In this document: in pieces, positions 14,794-29,024 of the stretch
Numbering within the stretch: position 1 is the first letter of the stretch
How the letters are laid out: each line of letters starts with the position of its first letter
NCBI GenBank assembly: GCA_012295275.1
Contig: CM022675.1
Location: 15,934,001-15,998,000, forward strand
Length of the DNA: 64,000 nt
Direction of reading: 5' to 3'
Source: Chrysomallon squamiferum
Lineage: Eukaryota; Animalia; Mollusca
The notes under the pieces: model-generated
Database searches by the model: none
What the model was told of the DNA's origin: nothing
The model's input: the letters and a program-made list of their open reading frames with translations, nothing else
Made by a program: the position numbers and the translations under genes

Positions 14794-17700
14794 GTATTTT
14801 TAAAAATTTTTAATTGTAACAGTTATAATGATTTGAATTTATAATCATCCACTTGGAATATAAATCTAATTATGAATTATTTTTTTGTTATTTTGATTTT
14901 GTGCATCATAAAATACTGTTTAAAAGAAAAAAAATGTGTGTTAAGTTTTAAATGAGATTCTTAATTATTACTGATAGAAGTATGTGAACTGATTTTAGAA
15001 TAGAAACACATTTCTTAACATTTAAAAAAAAAAGAAAAAGAAATGAAAAGAAACCACTTAATTGTCAAACATATATTTTTTTTATGAGTTTCATATATCT
15101 CATAGGGACATCAGTTACATTAATTACAGCTTTTTTACATTAATTGCATAAAAACGTTTATATTAATTATTGTTGTTTGACAAGTTGTATTAACTTGTGG
15201 ACTGAATGATTTCATGTCTGACAGTGTGTGTGTTGTGTTGTAGATGTGGGTCATTGATAGATCTGTGCAGAGGTCCTCATGTAAGACACTGCAAAAGTGA
15301 AGGCTCTTGCTGTCACCATGGTAATGTTACATTAATACATCTTTTTTTTCTTCAGAAATTATAGACCTGGGAAAACTTCATTTTTTTTTTAGCTAGTTAC
15401 TTAGCTATTTTAATCGTTAATGTGCAAAAAATATTCAGTCTGTTTCAAAAATATTTGATTAATTTAGTTTCTAAAAAAAAAAAAAATAAAAAATAATAAT
15501 AATCGTTTATATAGTTAATAAAAGTTACAGACATAAAACATGAATTTCTAAAAGCTGTTGATGTTTAGAGAAATAATAACCATTGTTTTATATTCTGTAG
15601 AAGTACTGTATTTAATGTTTTTAAATAAATTACTAAATTACTTCATAAAAGTAATTAGTGGGGAGTAAGTGCTGGCAAGATAGATTAAGATGACTACCTT
15701 CTTTAGCACTGGGACTATATGGACATGACGTTATATGGCAATTGCTCCCAAGAATTTAAGCGGGAACATTCTCAGAGAGCAACACTTTGCCTCTTGACAT
15801 GACACAACCTTTAAAATAATTGTTAGTGAAGGTAAGTAGTTTTATATTTGATTAATAATTGTTTCTTATATGTACAATGGATAATCTGAGATCAGTAATT
15901 AATTTTAGATTATTGTTCTCATTTTAATATGGTTACTAAAAAGATTAAGTCAGATTTTATATATTGAAGATGAGACAATAATTATATTTTACTTGTGGAC
16001 TTTCATTTATTTTGAATGTGCTATGCTACAATTTATTAAATGTCTTGGTGTAATGTTAAGTAACTGTGGCTACAAATCATAATAATTAGCATGATCTGTA
16101 TTAATCTTCACATGGACATATAATTAAAAATAAATATGATTGATACACAGAGTATTTTCTCAGTAAACTCAGCTGATACATATTATTTCTGGTCAACTGG
16201 CAATGCTGACATCACTACTTACAATATGGCATATGTTTTATATTTATGTGTAATTGTTAATTTACATGTGATGGTAATTGTATCTTTATGACAGCTGTTA
16301 TTCTCATCTTTAAATATAAAGTCTCAGTGACATTACATTTATGTTTTCAGTGTACATAAAATATAAATAATAATATATGCATTTAAAAGTCTTATGATAA
16401 CTGGGAAAATAACATTACTTGTTCACCAAAAGTAACAATTATTTTATTTTGTTTCATTTAGAACTCATCTGCCTTCAGAGAAGGAAATTCCAATGCAGAA
16501 ACCTCGGAGAAGGTCTACGGCATTTCATTCCCTGATTCAAAACAGCCCAAAGAATGGAAACATTTCCAGCAAAAAGCTGCAAAAAGGTGTCACAGAATAA
16601 CTGGAAATGTTAGAATATCATTTTGTATGCAAATGTACACGTGTAGTTCTGGAAGATTTAAGTTATAAAAGCTAACCAGGTTTCTGTCATGAAATATCAT
16701 CGGTTCTCTAAAGAACAGATGTTAACAAAATGGAGTAAATTAAAATACTCCGAATTTGTAAACTTCACTGAAACACTTACAGTTGGTGATACACTATAAT
16801 TGTTTATTTTGAGAATTATATGTGATGCTAAATATTTTATATAATTTACAAAGGTGCCCATATCAACAACAGACTGGTTGACTTTATTCAAGTAAGTCTT
16901 TACATTGTACCTATACATACATAATTGAAATACATTTAATACATTTTGCTGTTTCTTATAGTGATCATCAAATAGAGAACCTAATAAAAAAAAAAAACCC
17001 AATAATAAATTAAATAAAAAAGTAAAAAAAAATATATATTTATTCACGATAATCTCATTTTTGTGTGTTTTTTTGTTGCTAATTTTTATTAAGTATTGTA
17101 TAAGTAAATAAATAATTCATATGTGGGTGTGTTCAATATTCAGTATTGTTCCACCTGTTTTAAAAAAAAAGAAGAAGAATTAAATTATATTTTTGTTTAT
17201 TTTAGTAAATCTATTGGAAGTTAGGTTTCCAGGAAATGTTATCTCCAAACAGCTACAATAGCAAACTGTGGGAAGTTTGAGGTAACTGGCAGCATTATGA
17301 AGTACATTTACATAAATAATTTTAATAAATAAACCTTGTACATTTAATTATCAGAGGATAAAATAAATTCCAAAATTTATTTGTTACAATTAAAAACAAA
17401 AAATAGCTAAATAATTTTGATTTACTTCATAACCACAATGTCACAAATTTCATTGTTATCACACAAAAATAAACAAATAAAAATAAACAAAGAACCTGCC
17501 CCATGATCATTAACCATGGTTAATTAGAATTACCCTAACCCCCAAAACCCAGATTAATTACATTTTATTAAATTATTATTGTAAGAAATTACATTAATTT
17601 ATTTGTAATCATTAAACCATGTAATACAAATTAAATTATTACTATAAGAAATAAATAACAGATTAAGTTCACTCATAATCAATATTTTACATATTTAATT

Positions 17701-18115
17701 ATTACTGTATATTTAAAAAAAAAAAAAATTTAGTTTTACTTGTTAATTTATTATGATGAATTATTATCCTAAGACAACATGTAAATAATATGTACAGGAA
17801 AATAAAAGTTTTAGCATCACTAACTGATTAATTTTTTTTGAAATTTCTTTTTACAGGGAAATGTGTTTAAATTTGATGTTGAGAAGGAAACTTTTGCTTT
17901 GAAGCCTGTGAACTGTCCAGGTCACTGGTAAATGAGTGTGTGTATTTATTTTTAATTCCCTTTGTCAAAATATTGAAAACAAATATCAGATGAAATGTTT
18001 TAGTGTAACTTTCAAGATACAAAGTAATATTGTACACTTGTTACTTTGATGTCATCAACAACTGGTAAGGATAAAAGTGTAATTGTTTTTATTTATTTAC
18101 ATCAGTTGTGGAGTT

Positions 18116-18146
<31 letters not shown>

Positions 18147-20055
18147 TTTATTTTTATTTTGTTTATATTTTTGTGTATTTAATATAAATTTAAATTTTTT
18201 TAAATTATTATTATCATTATTTCATAATATTTATTTATTACTGAATATTAAGTATTTATTTTATTATTTTTTTTATTTAATATTATTTATTTATTTACTC
18301 ATGTTTAACTGCAGATACCAGTCTGCAACTGGCAGATTTTGGTTATTTTACATTGCAATGAGTTTTCTGAAGCTCAGTCCAGCTTGACCAATGTCCAGCA
18401 ATTTCAGCAGGACAACACACATATATTTATGAATTTATACATACACATTCCTACACACAGAGTTAACTACAATCACCAAAGAATACATATGTGTATATGT
18501 ATGTGCATGTGTGGTTGTTTGTGATAATTATATTATGTTTGTGTGTGTATGATTGAATTAAATGAAATAATATAGCTGGAACAAACATACAAAATTTGAT
18601 ATTCAGACATACTGCTTATTTATATCATTTATGAGTAAAGTAAATATATTACATTTATACTGAATAATCATGTAATCTGCTTCTATTTGTCATTTTTCAT
18701 TTTCTTTTTAAATGTCTTTCCTCTTGGTACATGTGTGTTCATTTATTGGTTTCTTTAAATATTTGTTTATCTCAATACTGTCTACTGGTATATTCAATTA
18801 CATTATTTTTGTTGTTTCATTAATTGATGTATAATGTTTAATAGGTCATAGCATTTGTTAAACATTTGGTCATTTATTTGTATTTTGTAACAGTATAAAT
18901 AACATGGATAAGCAATTACATGTGTTCATGTTTGCAATGCACATCTGTATTTTTTAGTATGTGTATATTAAAGGTTAATGTTGTTACTGTGTTTTGCAAC
19001 ATAATGACAGAAAGTACAAGACAGTCTGGATGCATTTGGTGAAAAATGGCAACCAAATCCTCAAGATGGAGCATTCTATGGACCAAAAAATAAAAATGTT
19101 TGAGATTCTGGAATTAATTAACAAACAAAACCTGTTAAAACAGAACATTACTAACATGATATATCTGTAAACATCCATAAATAATACTAAAAATGTACTA
19201 ATTTAATATAAGTATAACATGAAATTCTAAAATAAAATTTGATAGCCTTCCTTGATTAATGTAAACACTATAAATTTTTAAATATAATGTTCTGAAACTC
19301 AGATACTTGTGCTTCTGGAATTTTATTTTAATTTAATTATTTTTGACTGAGAAGTGGCTTTATTTAAAATTAATAAATTTTAAGTTATTTTGTTTGTTTT
19401 TATAGATTGATATCCCAGTTCCTAATGCACTATGCAACCTTCCAGCTTGATTTCCAACTATCACTGTTTTAAACTGGGATATGTCAAGTACATTTTTGTT
19501 TATTATTATTATTACTGCTCTTATAACTTTTATTACTATTACTGTTTTTTGTTTATTGTTTATTATTATTACTGTACTATTAATACAGCTGCTACTGCTA
19601 TTATTATCATTAATTTTCTTCTTTAAAAAAAAAAAAGCCAAAAAAATATCTGATATTAAATTATAAAGGTTCAGTTTATCTTTAAGGCTTAAATATATCT
19701 AAAAAAATATACACTTAAATTAATAAATTGGATGTTTTTTTTTCTAGATATAGTTTTTAATATCTATGAAATTAAAGCTGCAATATTTTATACATTTTTT
19801 GTATATAATTTTTAATTTGATAGTTAATTATTTATTGTATACAGCAGATTCGTACAGTAAATCAATTATGATATTATGAAACAAGATAATCCTTGCCAGT
19901 TTAAAATTAGATTTGGAACATGTACAATAATTATAGTTAATAAAATATTTCAGTGAGCAGGGAGAGAAAGAAATTTCTGTTATTATACACTGTGCCATTC
20001 TCAGATCTGTTGAAAGATTTGTTATTATTTTATGTGAAAGTTTTGCTGGCAAATG
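13648..20055 (+). pseudogene. TARS: Unprocessed, truncated cytoplasmic threonyl-tRNA synthetase pseudogene
   Basis: Collinear exon relics: 13648-~13780 (LFWHSSTHILGEAIEKK/CGGPLCYGSPVDNEF, frameshift), 14133-14250 (QISSNEFNSLETVCKRIVKLKQQIERLQL*KEDVFKMFE), 14624-14688 (YS*F*VRILNEKVTSDTITIY), 15244-15320 (CGSLIDLCRGPHVRH, frameshift), 16462-16608 (NSSAFREG...KVYGISFPDSKQPKEWKHFQ), ~16850-16891 (KGAHINNRLVDFIQ, partial), 17206-17301 ([24 protein letters not shown]), 17857-17927 (FDVEKETFALKPVNCPGHC), ~18298-18430 (LADFG/ILHCNE...FQQDNTHIF), 19011-19088 (FGEKWQPNPQDGAFYGPK), 19406-19487 (IDI...ATFQLDFQL), 19954-20055 ([26 protein letters not shown]). These match the order of eukaryotic ThrRS editing and catalytic domain motifs, with multiple stops, frameshifts and lost splice sites. 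Confidence 0.95.
15661..15809 (+). ncRNA. Candidate (possibly decayed) intronic H/ACA-like structured RNA in a TARS intron
   Basis: GC-richer island. gggagtaagtgc (15661) pairs with gcaattgctccc (15738-15749). A second hairpin tcagagagcaa/ttgcctcttga is followed by ACA+3 nt (~15804-15809). No canonical ANANNA H box. Confidence 0.3.
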
Positions 20056-21218
20056 GACAGTAGAGAGGGGATATATATAAAAAAAAAAAAAAAAAAAAAT
20101 TATGAAAATGTATGTTGCTTGGGTGTTGGTGAATAAAATTTGTTCAAAATTTGTTCAGGTTATTAAATAGTTGTATTACTTTTTTGCATTTTGTAAATTT
20201 AGAACTGTAACTTGTTGCACTGGTCAAAAACCAGTGGTAGAATAAATATGGTGTTTATAAACTAATATATATAAACTAAGCATATTACTTCTGATTAAAA
20301 TGTAGACACATCCTAAAAGCAGACTAGTATTAGTTTAAAATGGTTTACTTTTTTAGAAGTAACAAATCATCATAATCTTCATCCACAACAGTTGGTTAGA
20401 AAGCTTATATAAGAATTACAATAAATTATCTACAATGAATGGTGGTTTAAATGTATAATAACATATACATTCATTCTCAAGAATGTTCAAACTAAATATA
20501 TCAAATAAAAATATATTATTTATAATTTTAGATGATGTAACTTCTGTTTTGCTAAATTCTCTAAAAAGTCTAAACATTGAAGATCTGGACAGCATTAAGC
20601 AATTTTGTAAACAAATATTACTTGTTGAATCTGATTTAAAAACAAACGCAAATCATATTTAATGTTGTTTGTCATTTAAATGATCGTCTCATCCCTCGTT
20701 ATGTTACCTCCTATATGAATCTTCCAAACAAATCATCTACTGGACAAGAAATGAGGCCTTGTAATGGATTTGACAGGGAATAATGCCAGGTACTCATGCT
20801 TCAAAACAGCTGATCAGCTCTATATGCCCAACCCCATTTCTATTACAAAATACGATACAGTAGATAAACGCATCAGCAAAATTCAAATTAATAAAACTAC
20901 TTGCTGAAACATGCTTGAGGTTAAAATCATCATTAACATTTATTTTATATTCCTGGTTCTCCTCATTAGATAAATACATTAACATTTTCATTATCTCTTA
21001 TATCCAAATACAGTTGATATATTTTAGAAATTTCTTAGTTTATAAGACTGTTGACTTACGTTTCTGTTTGCACTATTATTAGCATGGACCAACAGGAACG
21101 ATAACTCGTAACGGCACAAATTACTTCGGGGAAATGATGCATCCAGAAATTTGGCCGATTTAATGGGTACAAACAACACCTAAATGCTCTTTTCTGCTGA
21201 GTTCTGACAGGGGGAACA

Positions 21219-21593
21219 TTGACAACTACTGATGAATGTAGAAAAAATGGTCATAGTTATGAAATGTTTTCTGTGAGGGATGATAAAGCAAAAGAGTGGG
21301 TACTTAGAGATATGTCTGATAAAAACTATGCAACTTGTTTAAATACTCTAAAATTCATTACCAGTGACATTGAAGAATTTACATATACACTAGTTGGAAA
21401 GAAAATATTAATTAACATAAAAAATACAATGTCAGACAGAGCAGCCACAGAGAAGAAATTTCATAATTTATTACAGTTTTACAGAGAAGAGCTATTACCA
21501 TCAATATACAGTTGTTGGAATGAATTGTCACAGACTGAGCAGGAAACAATGACCAGACTCGGTAACTTCTATTGCTGTAAAAACTTTGTTTAA
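21219..21593 (+). mobile_element. Fragment of a DDE-type DNA transposase (hAT/MULE-like clan with a CxxH-type motif), decayed
   Basis: ORF with TTTDE...IKNTMSDRAATEKKFHNLLQFYREELLP...W..L...EQ..M..LGNFYC. This resembles the first two catalytic Asp regions followed by the NFFCGLH-type motif of invertebrate transposase-like proteins. It is truncated at both ends. Further decayed coding-like sequence lies at ~20350-21200. Confidence 0.6.
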
Positions 21594-21976
21594 AAACAGT
21601 ATAATTTTGTTTTCTGTTATTTACTTTCCATTTTCAATACATTAAAAGTCGTATGTAAGAATGAAATTAATCACCGGTTATTTGGATGATTTCCCTGATA
21701 AATTCATTATAGTTCCTTGATTTCAGTTTTGAATTTTTTATTTTTTATTTTTTTTTATAAAGAACCCTCAACCGGCCGTATAAAAAAATTCGTTAAAATT
21801 TTTTTCACTCCTTTTCGTTGAAATAAAACGCATATAACATCTGAAATGTGTACTATTATGTATGCAAACAATGAGTTTCCTATTTTAATTAAAAAAAAAT
21901 TAAAGGTCCATGCTACAATTATTTCGTGAGTATTACTTATGCATACACACATTCCTGTACATACATTCACATGAAA

Positions 21977-21981
<5 letters not shown>

Positions 21982-22064
<83 letters not shown>
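21982..22064. repeat. (CT)n microsatellite
   Basis: About 40 perfect CT units. Confidence 0.97.
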
Positions 22065-22066
<2 letters not shown>

Positions 22067-23396
22067 GATATTCGTCTTAAAGTTAAATGTTTTAAATTAT
22101 TTTATTAGTTATTAATTACTTTCAAAACAAACACAATGGAAAACAACATGTTCACACATTATGATCATGAAGGTGCTATGGCATAACAAATCTCACAGAG
22201 GTCGTTAGTGTCTTCAGTATCACAGACATATCCATGATGTCAACTGAAAGAAAACTCGAAGGTATTTTATTTCCGCGCTTCTTAATAATAATAATGGATC
22301 AGTTATGTGACGTGGAAGCGGTACGTGTTGCATTTATTGAATTGAATATTCATAATTATTACTGTTATGAATATTTAATAGCACCTTCACTTCCGTTGCA
22401 CTGGACGTGTTGTGATTGTCATGCGCCCATGCTAGTATACTCATTAAACAATAATTTTAGCTCTACATTCGATTAGATCGGTCGTTTTCCAATTCGTCTT
22501 ATATGGCTGTAACTACATTGAGGCAAATGAGACAAATGCCTAATACTGAAACTGACGATTTCGTCTTTTAAAATTATATTTTAAATATTTTTTCTAAAGA
22601 TTTTATTTAAAAAAATATAAAATATAAATCTCTATTCCAATAGAAAAAATATCCACTGAATGAATTCGTTTGAAGTCTGCCGACATCGTTGCGATGAAAC
22701 ACGTAACTGTTTCAAAGACATCAGACTTCAGACAGGTTTATCGAACACCTGATGAGTTAAGACACACTGCATCCTTTTCACACGTTTCAGTCTTTGCATG
22801 GATCTTGCCCTGATACATAGTGTATGTTGTCATTTAGTCCCCCGAACCCTCGCCCAAATATTTCTGCTCCGATCGGCGATTAAGAGATTTTGTCTCAACT
22901 AATTACGGCCATGTACGCACACGCACACACATATACTTCTTTTTAGCAAATTGCTACTACGTGGTTGTAGATAGTACCACTCCCTGCCTCTTACGATTCG
23001 TGGATACCAAGCAATAATCAGATGTATTTTTTCATGACTGTTGCTCTTTAACATTTTCAACGTTTAAATGCCCTAGCAATTCAGCAGACCTAAACATTTC
23101 CATGTTGTAACATTTCTGCGTTGATAGTCAATATAAATTTAGAAGGGACAAACAAAAGTTTTAATTAGTGCAAGTAAGTGAGGAGAAATCGGCAGCAGAC
23201 AGTATGTCACTAATACACTGCAGGAAGGCACGTAACACGCTAAACCTGTGGCTGGAATTGAAAATGGCTGAAAGGAGGACACAGGACTGATCTGGCCAAT
23301 TGATAAATTTCAGCTCAGAGGAAACACTCTACAGACATGATGATGATAAGAGGTAGAAAATAATTCTATGAAGAAGAGGTCCCAGTAGCAAGACAA

Positions 23397-23441
<45 letters not shown>

Positions 23442-24206
23442 AAATAAATATATAATTATTATTGTTATTAGTAAATGCAGTAATTGGAGACCTAATATCA
23501 ACAACAGTAGTAGAGTTAGTAATTCAGAAAGGGAACAAAAAAATGCTAAAAACAGATCCACGTAAGAGCATAAAAACCTCAAAATCAGTAGGAATGATTA
23601 AGTTTGTGTAATTTATGACTTGTGTTTGTGAGTATGTGTATGTTTGTGTAAAATACTATATTTGTATTAACGATTTATAGAATATGTAAGAAAAAGAGAG
23701 AAAGTATGTATGTTATAAATACGAAAAATAAATAACAAGAGTACAGCTGTTAAGATTATTTATTTTCTTGAAAGGAGCAGTGATATTCTACACTGCTAGT
23801 TTCATCTTCGGAATGTTTGAATTCTGGAAAATAAAATAAAATTGATATTACACAAATGTAAACATCTGCAACATTTGGAAATTTATACTTGATTATAAAT
23901 CTACAAATGTCTTTCATTTGAATTTGTTTGAATTTAGTTAGCCATAGATAACTAGAAAAGCAATGTTTATCAGGATCAACTCTCATCCATCCTCTTATTG
24001 TTATTATTACTATTTTTTTAAATATTCCTTTCAGAAAAAAAAAGAAACAAAAAAGCTGGAAACATTAGTTTCTTTGCTAAATTATATTGAACCAGATTTT
24101 ATAAATTTAGACTAATTTTTAAAATAAAATATGCAATAAATTAATAATATAACAAAGCTACACTACTGCATAAATATAATGCAATCTACAAATTAATAAG
24201 AGAACA

Positions 24207-25472
24207 TTAATACTGAAGAAATAATAAAGTCGTATTACATGGACAAATTGATTTGCAGTCTTTAGGATGTGCTGCGCAAAATTTAGCAGTTCCGAATATG
24301 AGACTTCGTTGGTTCAGTATACCACAGACCCAGTAGTTTCTGTCAAAGCATCCATACAGTGCTGCAAAACAAAAGATTATAATTATTGTTATTAGTAGTA
24401 GTATGTTGTTGTAGTTATTTGTGTTGTTATTATTATTTTATTATTAAGTTGTTGTTATTATTAGTTATTGTTATTATTGTTATTGTAGTTTCAACTGTCA
24501 GTGTCATGTTATTCTAAGTTATTATTATAATACACGTTATCATCATCATTGTTGTAATCCTCTTATTATCGTATTCATCATCGTCTTTTTATATAATTGT
24601 TTTCTAATAATTATTTACTGATTTCTCAATAGCTGACAATTGTATTAATAAATATATTTTTAACACAATGCTAACACAATTATTTTCTATTGTTATTTTC
24701 TTCCATTTTTATTCTGTACATAAACTCTCAAAATAAAGGTAATTTCTACGACAACTTAAAGTAGACTTACATAGACAAGATCCACAAGATTTCGGGCAGT
24801 AGTAGCGGACAGCTGGATATTTATTACATATGTCTTTAAAGACCTCTTTACCCTCCGTCTGTGCTCCATCGTTACAGCCTAATAATGAAAGGTGAAAAAA
24901 GAATATAATATAGGCCTAATACATAATGTTGTATGTAACATGACGACATGTATTACATAACAACGTAATTTAACAAGATATGACATAAAGTAATTAAAAT
25001 CCCTTATTTCAAACATTTATCGTTTAGAAACTATTCCTAGGTACAAATATATTGTTTTTGCCTTAAGAAAAACAATTTTTATTACTATTATTTATTTATT
25101 TATTTATTTACTTATTTATTATTATTTGCTTTATTCATGAATTTCAAACTAATTCTGTTTATTGCCTGCACTGTGTTTTTATGATGTATGTTTAATATTT
25201 GGTAAATATTTACTCTTAGCTAAATTTTATTTTTCCTGAAGGTTTATTATATAAAATTAATAATAATTAAAAATATATACTTACTGTTCTTACAGGTTCT
25301 TCCATAATACTCGTCAGTACATATACATTTATTTCTGCGTTTTGTTCCACCGTTTAAGCACCCTGTTTCAAATCAGATATAAAAATATCAGTCTTTTTTC
25401 TTTGTATATATCGTGTTCGATTAATTACGTGCGTACCTAACGGTGTTTGTATATATTTGACTTAGTAACACT

Positions 25473-25504
<32 letters not shown>

Positions 25505-25708
25505 CACACATGGAAGCATTCATACAAATGGAGAGAAAGAAGGAGCCAAGGATAAATACACTGGTCGACAATGTACACAAAATACAATATACATGTACCC
25601 ACAATTAAAAGTAACAAGGTGTTTTGAATATAAATATGTAGAATACTTACTGATTCCAAGTGACACCTGCAGCAGCAAGCAGATGAGAAAAACGTGAAGT
25701 AAAGTCAT
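24207..25708 (-). CDS. Small secreted Cys-rich protein (signal peptide + EGF-like + two ShK-like modules), copy A, 132 aa
   Basis: Four exons with GT-AG phase-1 introns: 25708-25651 (MTLLHVFLICLLLQVSLGI), 25362-25285 (RCLNGGTKRRNKCICTDEYYGRTCKN), 24878-24771 (SCNDGAQTEGKEVFKDICNKYPAVRYYCPKSCGSCL), 24361-24207 (SLYGCFDRNYWVCGILNQRSLIFGTAKFCAAHPKDCKSICPCNTTLLFLQY*). 399 nt, open throughout. TATA box at ~25765-25772 on the minus strand. Confidence 0.88.
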
Positions 25709-26894
25709 TTTTACAACAGTTCTCGTCTTCTCAGATCTCTGATGTCTACATAGAAATATTTCCTTTATTTATAATCAGAAGATGTTCTGTATTTTAATTA
25801 ATTTGTGGAAAAAGTCACGTTTTCACCTTGTTCACGTGTGGCAGATGTTACTACGATTAAAATGATATGACGTATTTCTTGTGTCATGCACGATTTGTTT
25901 GATTTAAAACGAATTAAAACGACTGTACTAAAACAAACGTATTTTTTCTCTTTCTTTATATTGTAAAAATATTTCTTTATAATTATAAATTTCTATATAT
26001 GATATTTTTATACATTTAGCATTAGAATAACTTTTCCTTTGTTACTGTATGTTGTATCAGAAATAAATATAAATGAAAATTAATTGTAAAACATGTTTCA
26101 GTATAGGGATAAACTTTTCTGTCTAATTTATGAGAACAACTAGAAATATATATCTGTTTAACCAAATATATGGTTTGCAGAATATCACAGTGAAGATATT
26201 CTTTTTAATATTTTCTATTTATTTGGAAATATGTATATCAAAATATTTTAAATGTTAAAAGTAGAGTATATTACCGAATTCAATGTCTTGATACTTAAAA
26301 TATTCATCAGTATTATGTGAATTATATATGTGTAAAAGTATTATCCGAAAATTATTTGTTTTTTTATCAATGTGTTTAGTTGCCAAAAATTGTTCAGTGA
26401 TATCCTTTTTTGTCTATAAAAGATTGCTGTTAGTATTTGGATATCGTTCTTCCATGGTTCAGTGTAGTTTTGGAAATTATGACGTTTGAAGAGTTTCGTA
26501 ATAAAATGAGATATATACAGTGGTACTGTTCTGAGATACAAACTACAATGGTGCTTATTGGTTTTCGAAATAAAAGAACGTTGCTCAGTTCCAATAACTG
26601 TCGTTTACTTTGTCCTTTACCAGAAAGTGGAGAAGATATAACGTTTTAGTGGAGGTAACATTTTTGGCATTTATTACATTTTGTAGTCAAACTAGTGAAG
26701 AAGATAGCTTTTGACATATCGTAGTAAGTGTTATGATGGGGTTTCGTGGAAAAATGGGGCGTGGCTTTATGGGGACAACTTATTCGTGAATTAAGTAAAC
26801 ATTTGTGGGGAGGGACACGATCGCCACTCTTTCCAAAAGTTGAAATAATAAAATTTCCTACTGAATAGACAGAAAGTAAATCTTCCACATTCTG

Positions 26895-27650
26895 TGTAAT
26901 GAAGTAATAGTAGGAGCAGTGTTTACCAGACATATTAGTAGTTTTCGCGTATCTGTTTTACAAAACCCATTCAGTGAGATGAAATAGCAGCAGTAATGTT
27001 TACGTGATATTAGTTGTCTAAGTGTACCTGTTATATATAACCCATTCAGTGTGATGAAGTTGTAGTAGTAGTGTTTACTTGACATATTAGTGGTCTTTAT
27101 GTATCTGTTATATATATTCAGTGTGATGAAATAGCAGTAGTAGCAGTAGTGTTTATGTGATATTAGTTGTCTAAGTGTTCCTTTAATATATAACACATTC
27201 ATTGTAATGAAATAGTAGTAGTAGCAGTAGTGTTTTCCTGACATTAATAGTCTTCGTGTACTGTTATATATAAAACATATTCAGTGTGATGAAGTAGTAG
27301 TAGTGCTGTTTACCTAACATATCAGTACTTTTGGTGTACCTGTTATATATAACATATTCAGTGTGATGAAGTAGTAGTAGTACTGTTTACCTAACATATC
27401 AGTAGTTTTGGTGTACCTGTTATATATAACATATTCAGTGTAATGAAGTAGTAGTAGTACTGTTTACCTAACATATCAGTAGTTTTGGTGTACCTGTTAT
27501 ATATATCACATTCAGTGTGATGACTTAGTAGTAGTAGTGATTACATGACATATTAGTAGTCTTCGTGTATCTTTTATATATGACATCATATTCAGTGTGA
27601 TGAAGTAGTAGTAGTAGTGTTTACCTGACATATTAGTAGTCTTCATGTAG
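26895..27650. repeat. ~76-bp minisatellite, ~10 copies (left arm only)
   Basis: Unit ttcagtgtgatgaagtagtagtagtgctgtttacctaacatatcagtagttttggtgtacctgttatatataacata, with starts at 27281, 27357, 27434 etc. The right arm has a single copy at ~35330-35395. Confidence 0.92.
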
Positions 27651-29024
27651 CTGTTCACGTGAAACGTCCAAGTATAACAAATATTGTATCTATGGATCAC
27701 TCAAGGCTGATATTTGTTGTTATTTGCAAGATTTAGGTGCTTGCATAAAGAGATAAGGATAAATTTAAGAAGTTTCCCATACTTCAGTTATACACTATAG
27801 GCATCCTATATTTATTGACATAACTTTTAAAAATACATAATTTTCGGTATATTATTGTTCTAGTTAACTATGGGAACTATGGAAAGCATCGAGTTTATGC
27901 TCAGAGTTTTGAGGAGATTTCAATTATATACTAAACTCGAAGTAGAGGAAACTTCAGCAAAGCGATCTGATGCGAATTCACAAAGATTTTATAATGAAGG
28001 AGATTACAGTAATTATTTCATTTTGATCATCCTTCGGCAGTTTTTATTTATATAGCAACACGCATTTCACGCACTAATATCTCTTTCGCAGCCTATGACT
28101 TCGTGTATTTATTTATTTATTTATTTATTTTAAATTCTACTTATTCTTCATCTTTTAAAAAAATATGATTAAGTATAATTAAGTATGTAGATGTATGGAA
28201 ACGAAGCATGCAAACAATGTTTTGTTTTTACATTTAGTTTTATAGTTAATTTCTTTTTCTTGTCTTGGGGTAAATACAATTTAATTCCTTGACATTTTTT
28301 AAAATAAAGTAAATACAGTTGAAATAACTAATCATATCACTTAGGTTGCTATATAAATTAATTTACTATATGATTTTTTTTATGTTCTTCTGCAGGATTT
28401 TGTTCAACTATTGTATTAATGTTTCTGTATTAAGTGGTAAATTCGTGTTAGTAAATTAGTCACATGTCAGCATATTATAACAAATAATAAATATGATGTT
28501 TAAGTAGTATTTGTCTTCTACTGTAATAAAAATATAATGATTTTTTTTATATATAATTTGCCTAGATCTATATGTTGTTATTAGATTTTTGGAAGATCTT
28601 CAAAAGTAGCCATAATGTTTCTATGTGATCAAAGAGCACAGCTCCCTTGAAAAATTCTTAATTAAGATTTGTGTCAATTCTCAACGGAAAACAAACAAAC
28701 AAAACAAAAAAACAAGAAACAAAACAAAAAAAAAAACAAGAACGAAAGCAACAAACGTACAAACGAACAAATAAATAAAAAAAAGAAATACTAAAATAAA
28801 TAAATAAATAAAAAATGTTTAGTTCTCTGCAGATGCAGAATAAAACTGGTGCTATTTTGTGCCAATCTATTTTCAGGACTGATAGAAAATTATTCTTTTG
28901 AAATAAAGTATTTATCTGATGGACTGCGTTATTGTAGTATTAAAAAAATACTATCTTTTTTCTTCTTTCTTTGTCTTTACAGAAATACACGCACACACAT
29001 CAGTCGTTAACTGAAGTTTACCAG

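Noticed and set aside
16135-16212. Possible C/D-box snoRNA in a TARS intron (ATGATTG...CTGA...CTGA)
   Set aside because: Imperfect C box, no terminal stem and no recognisable guide complementarity.
21771-22913. Possible non-autonomous hAT element bounded by ggccgta / tacggcc
   Set aside because: Only a 7-bp inverted match and no 8-bp target-site duplication.
26646-27700. Repetitive MSGKHYYYY ORFs
   Set aside because: By-products of the 76-bp minisatellite; not preserved in the homologous arm.
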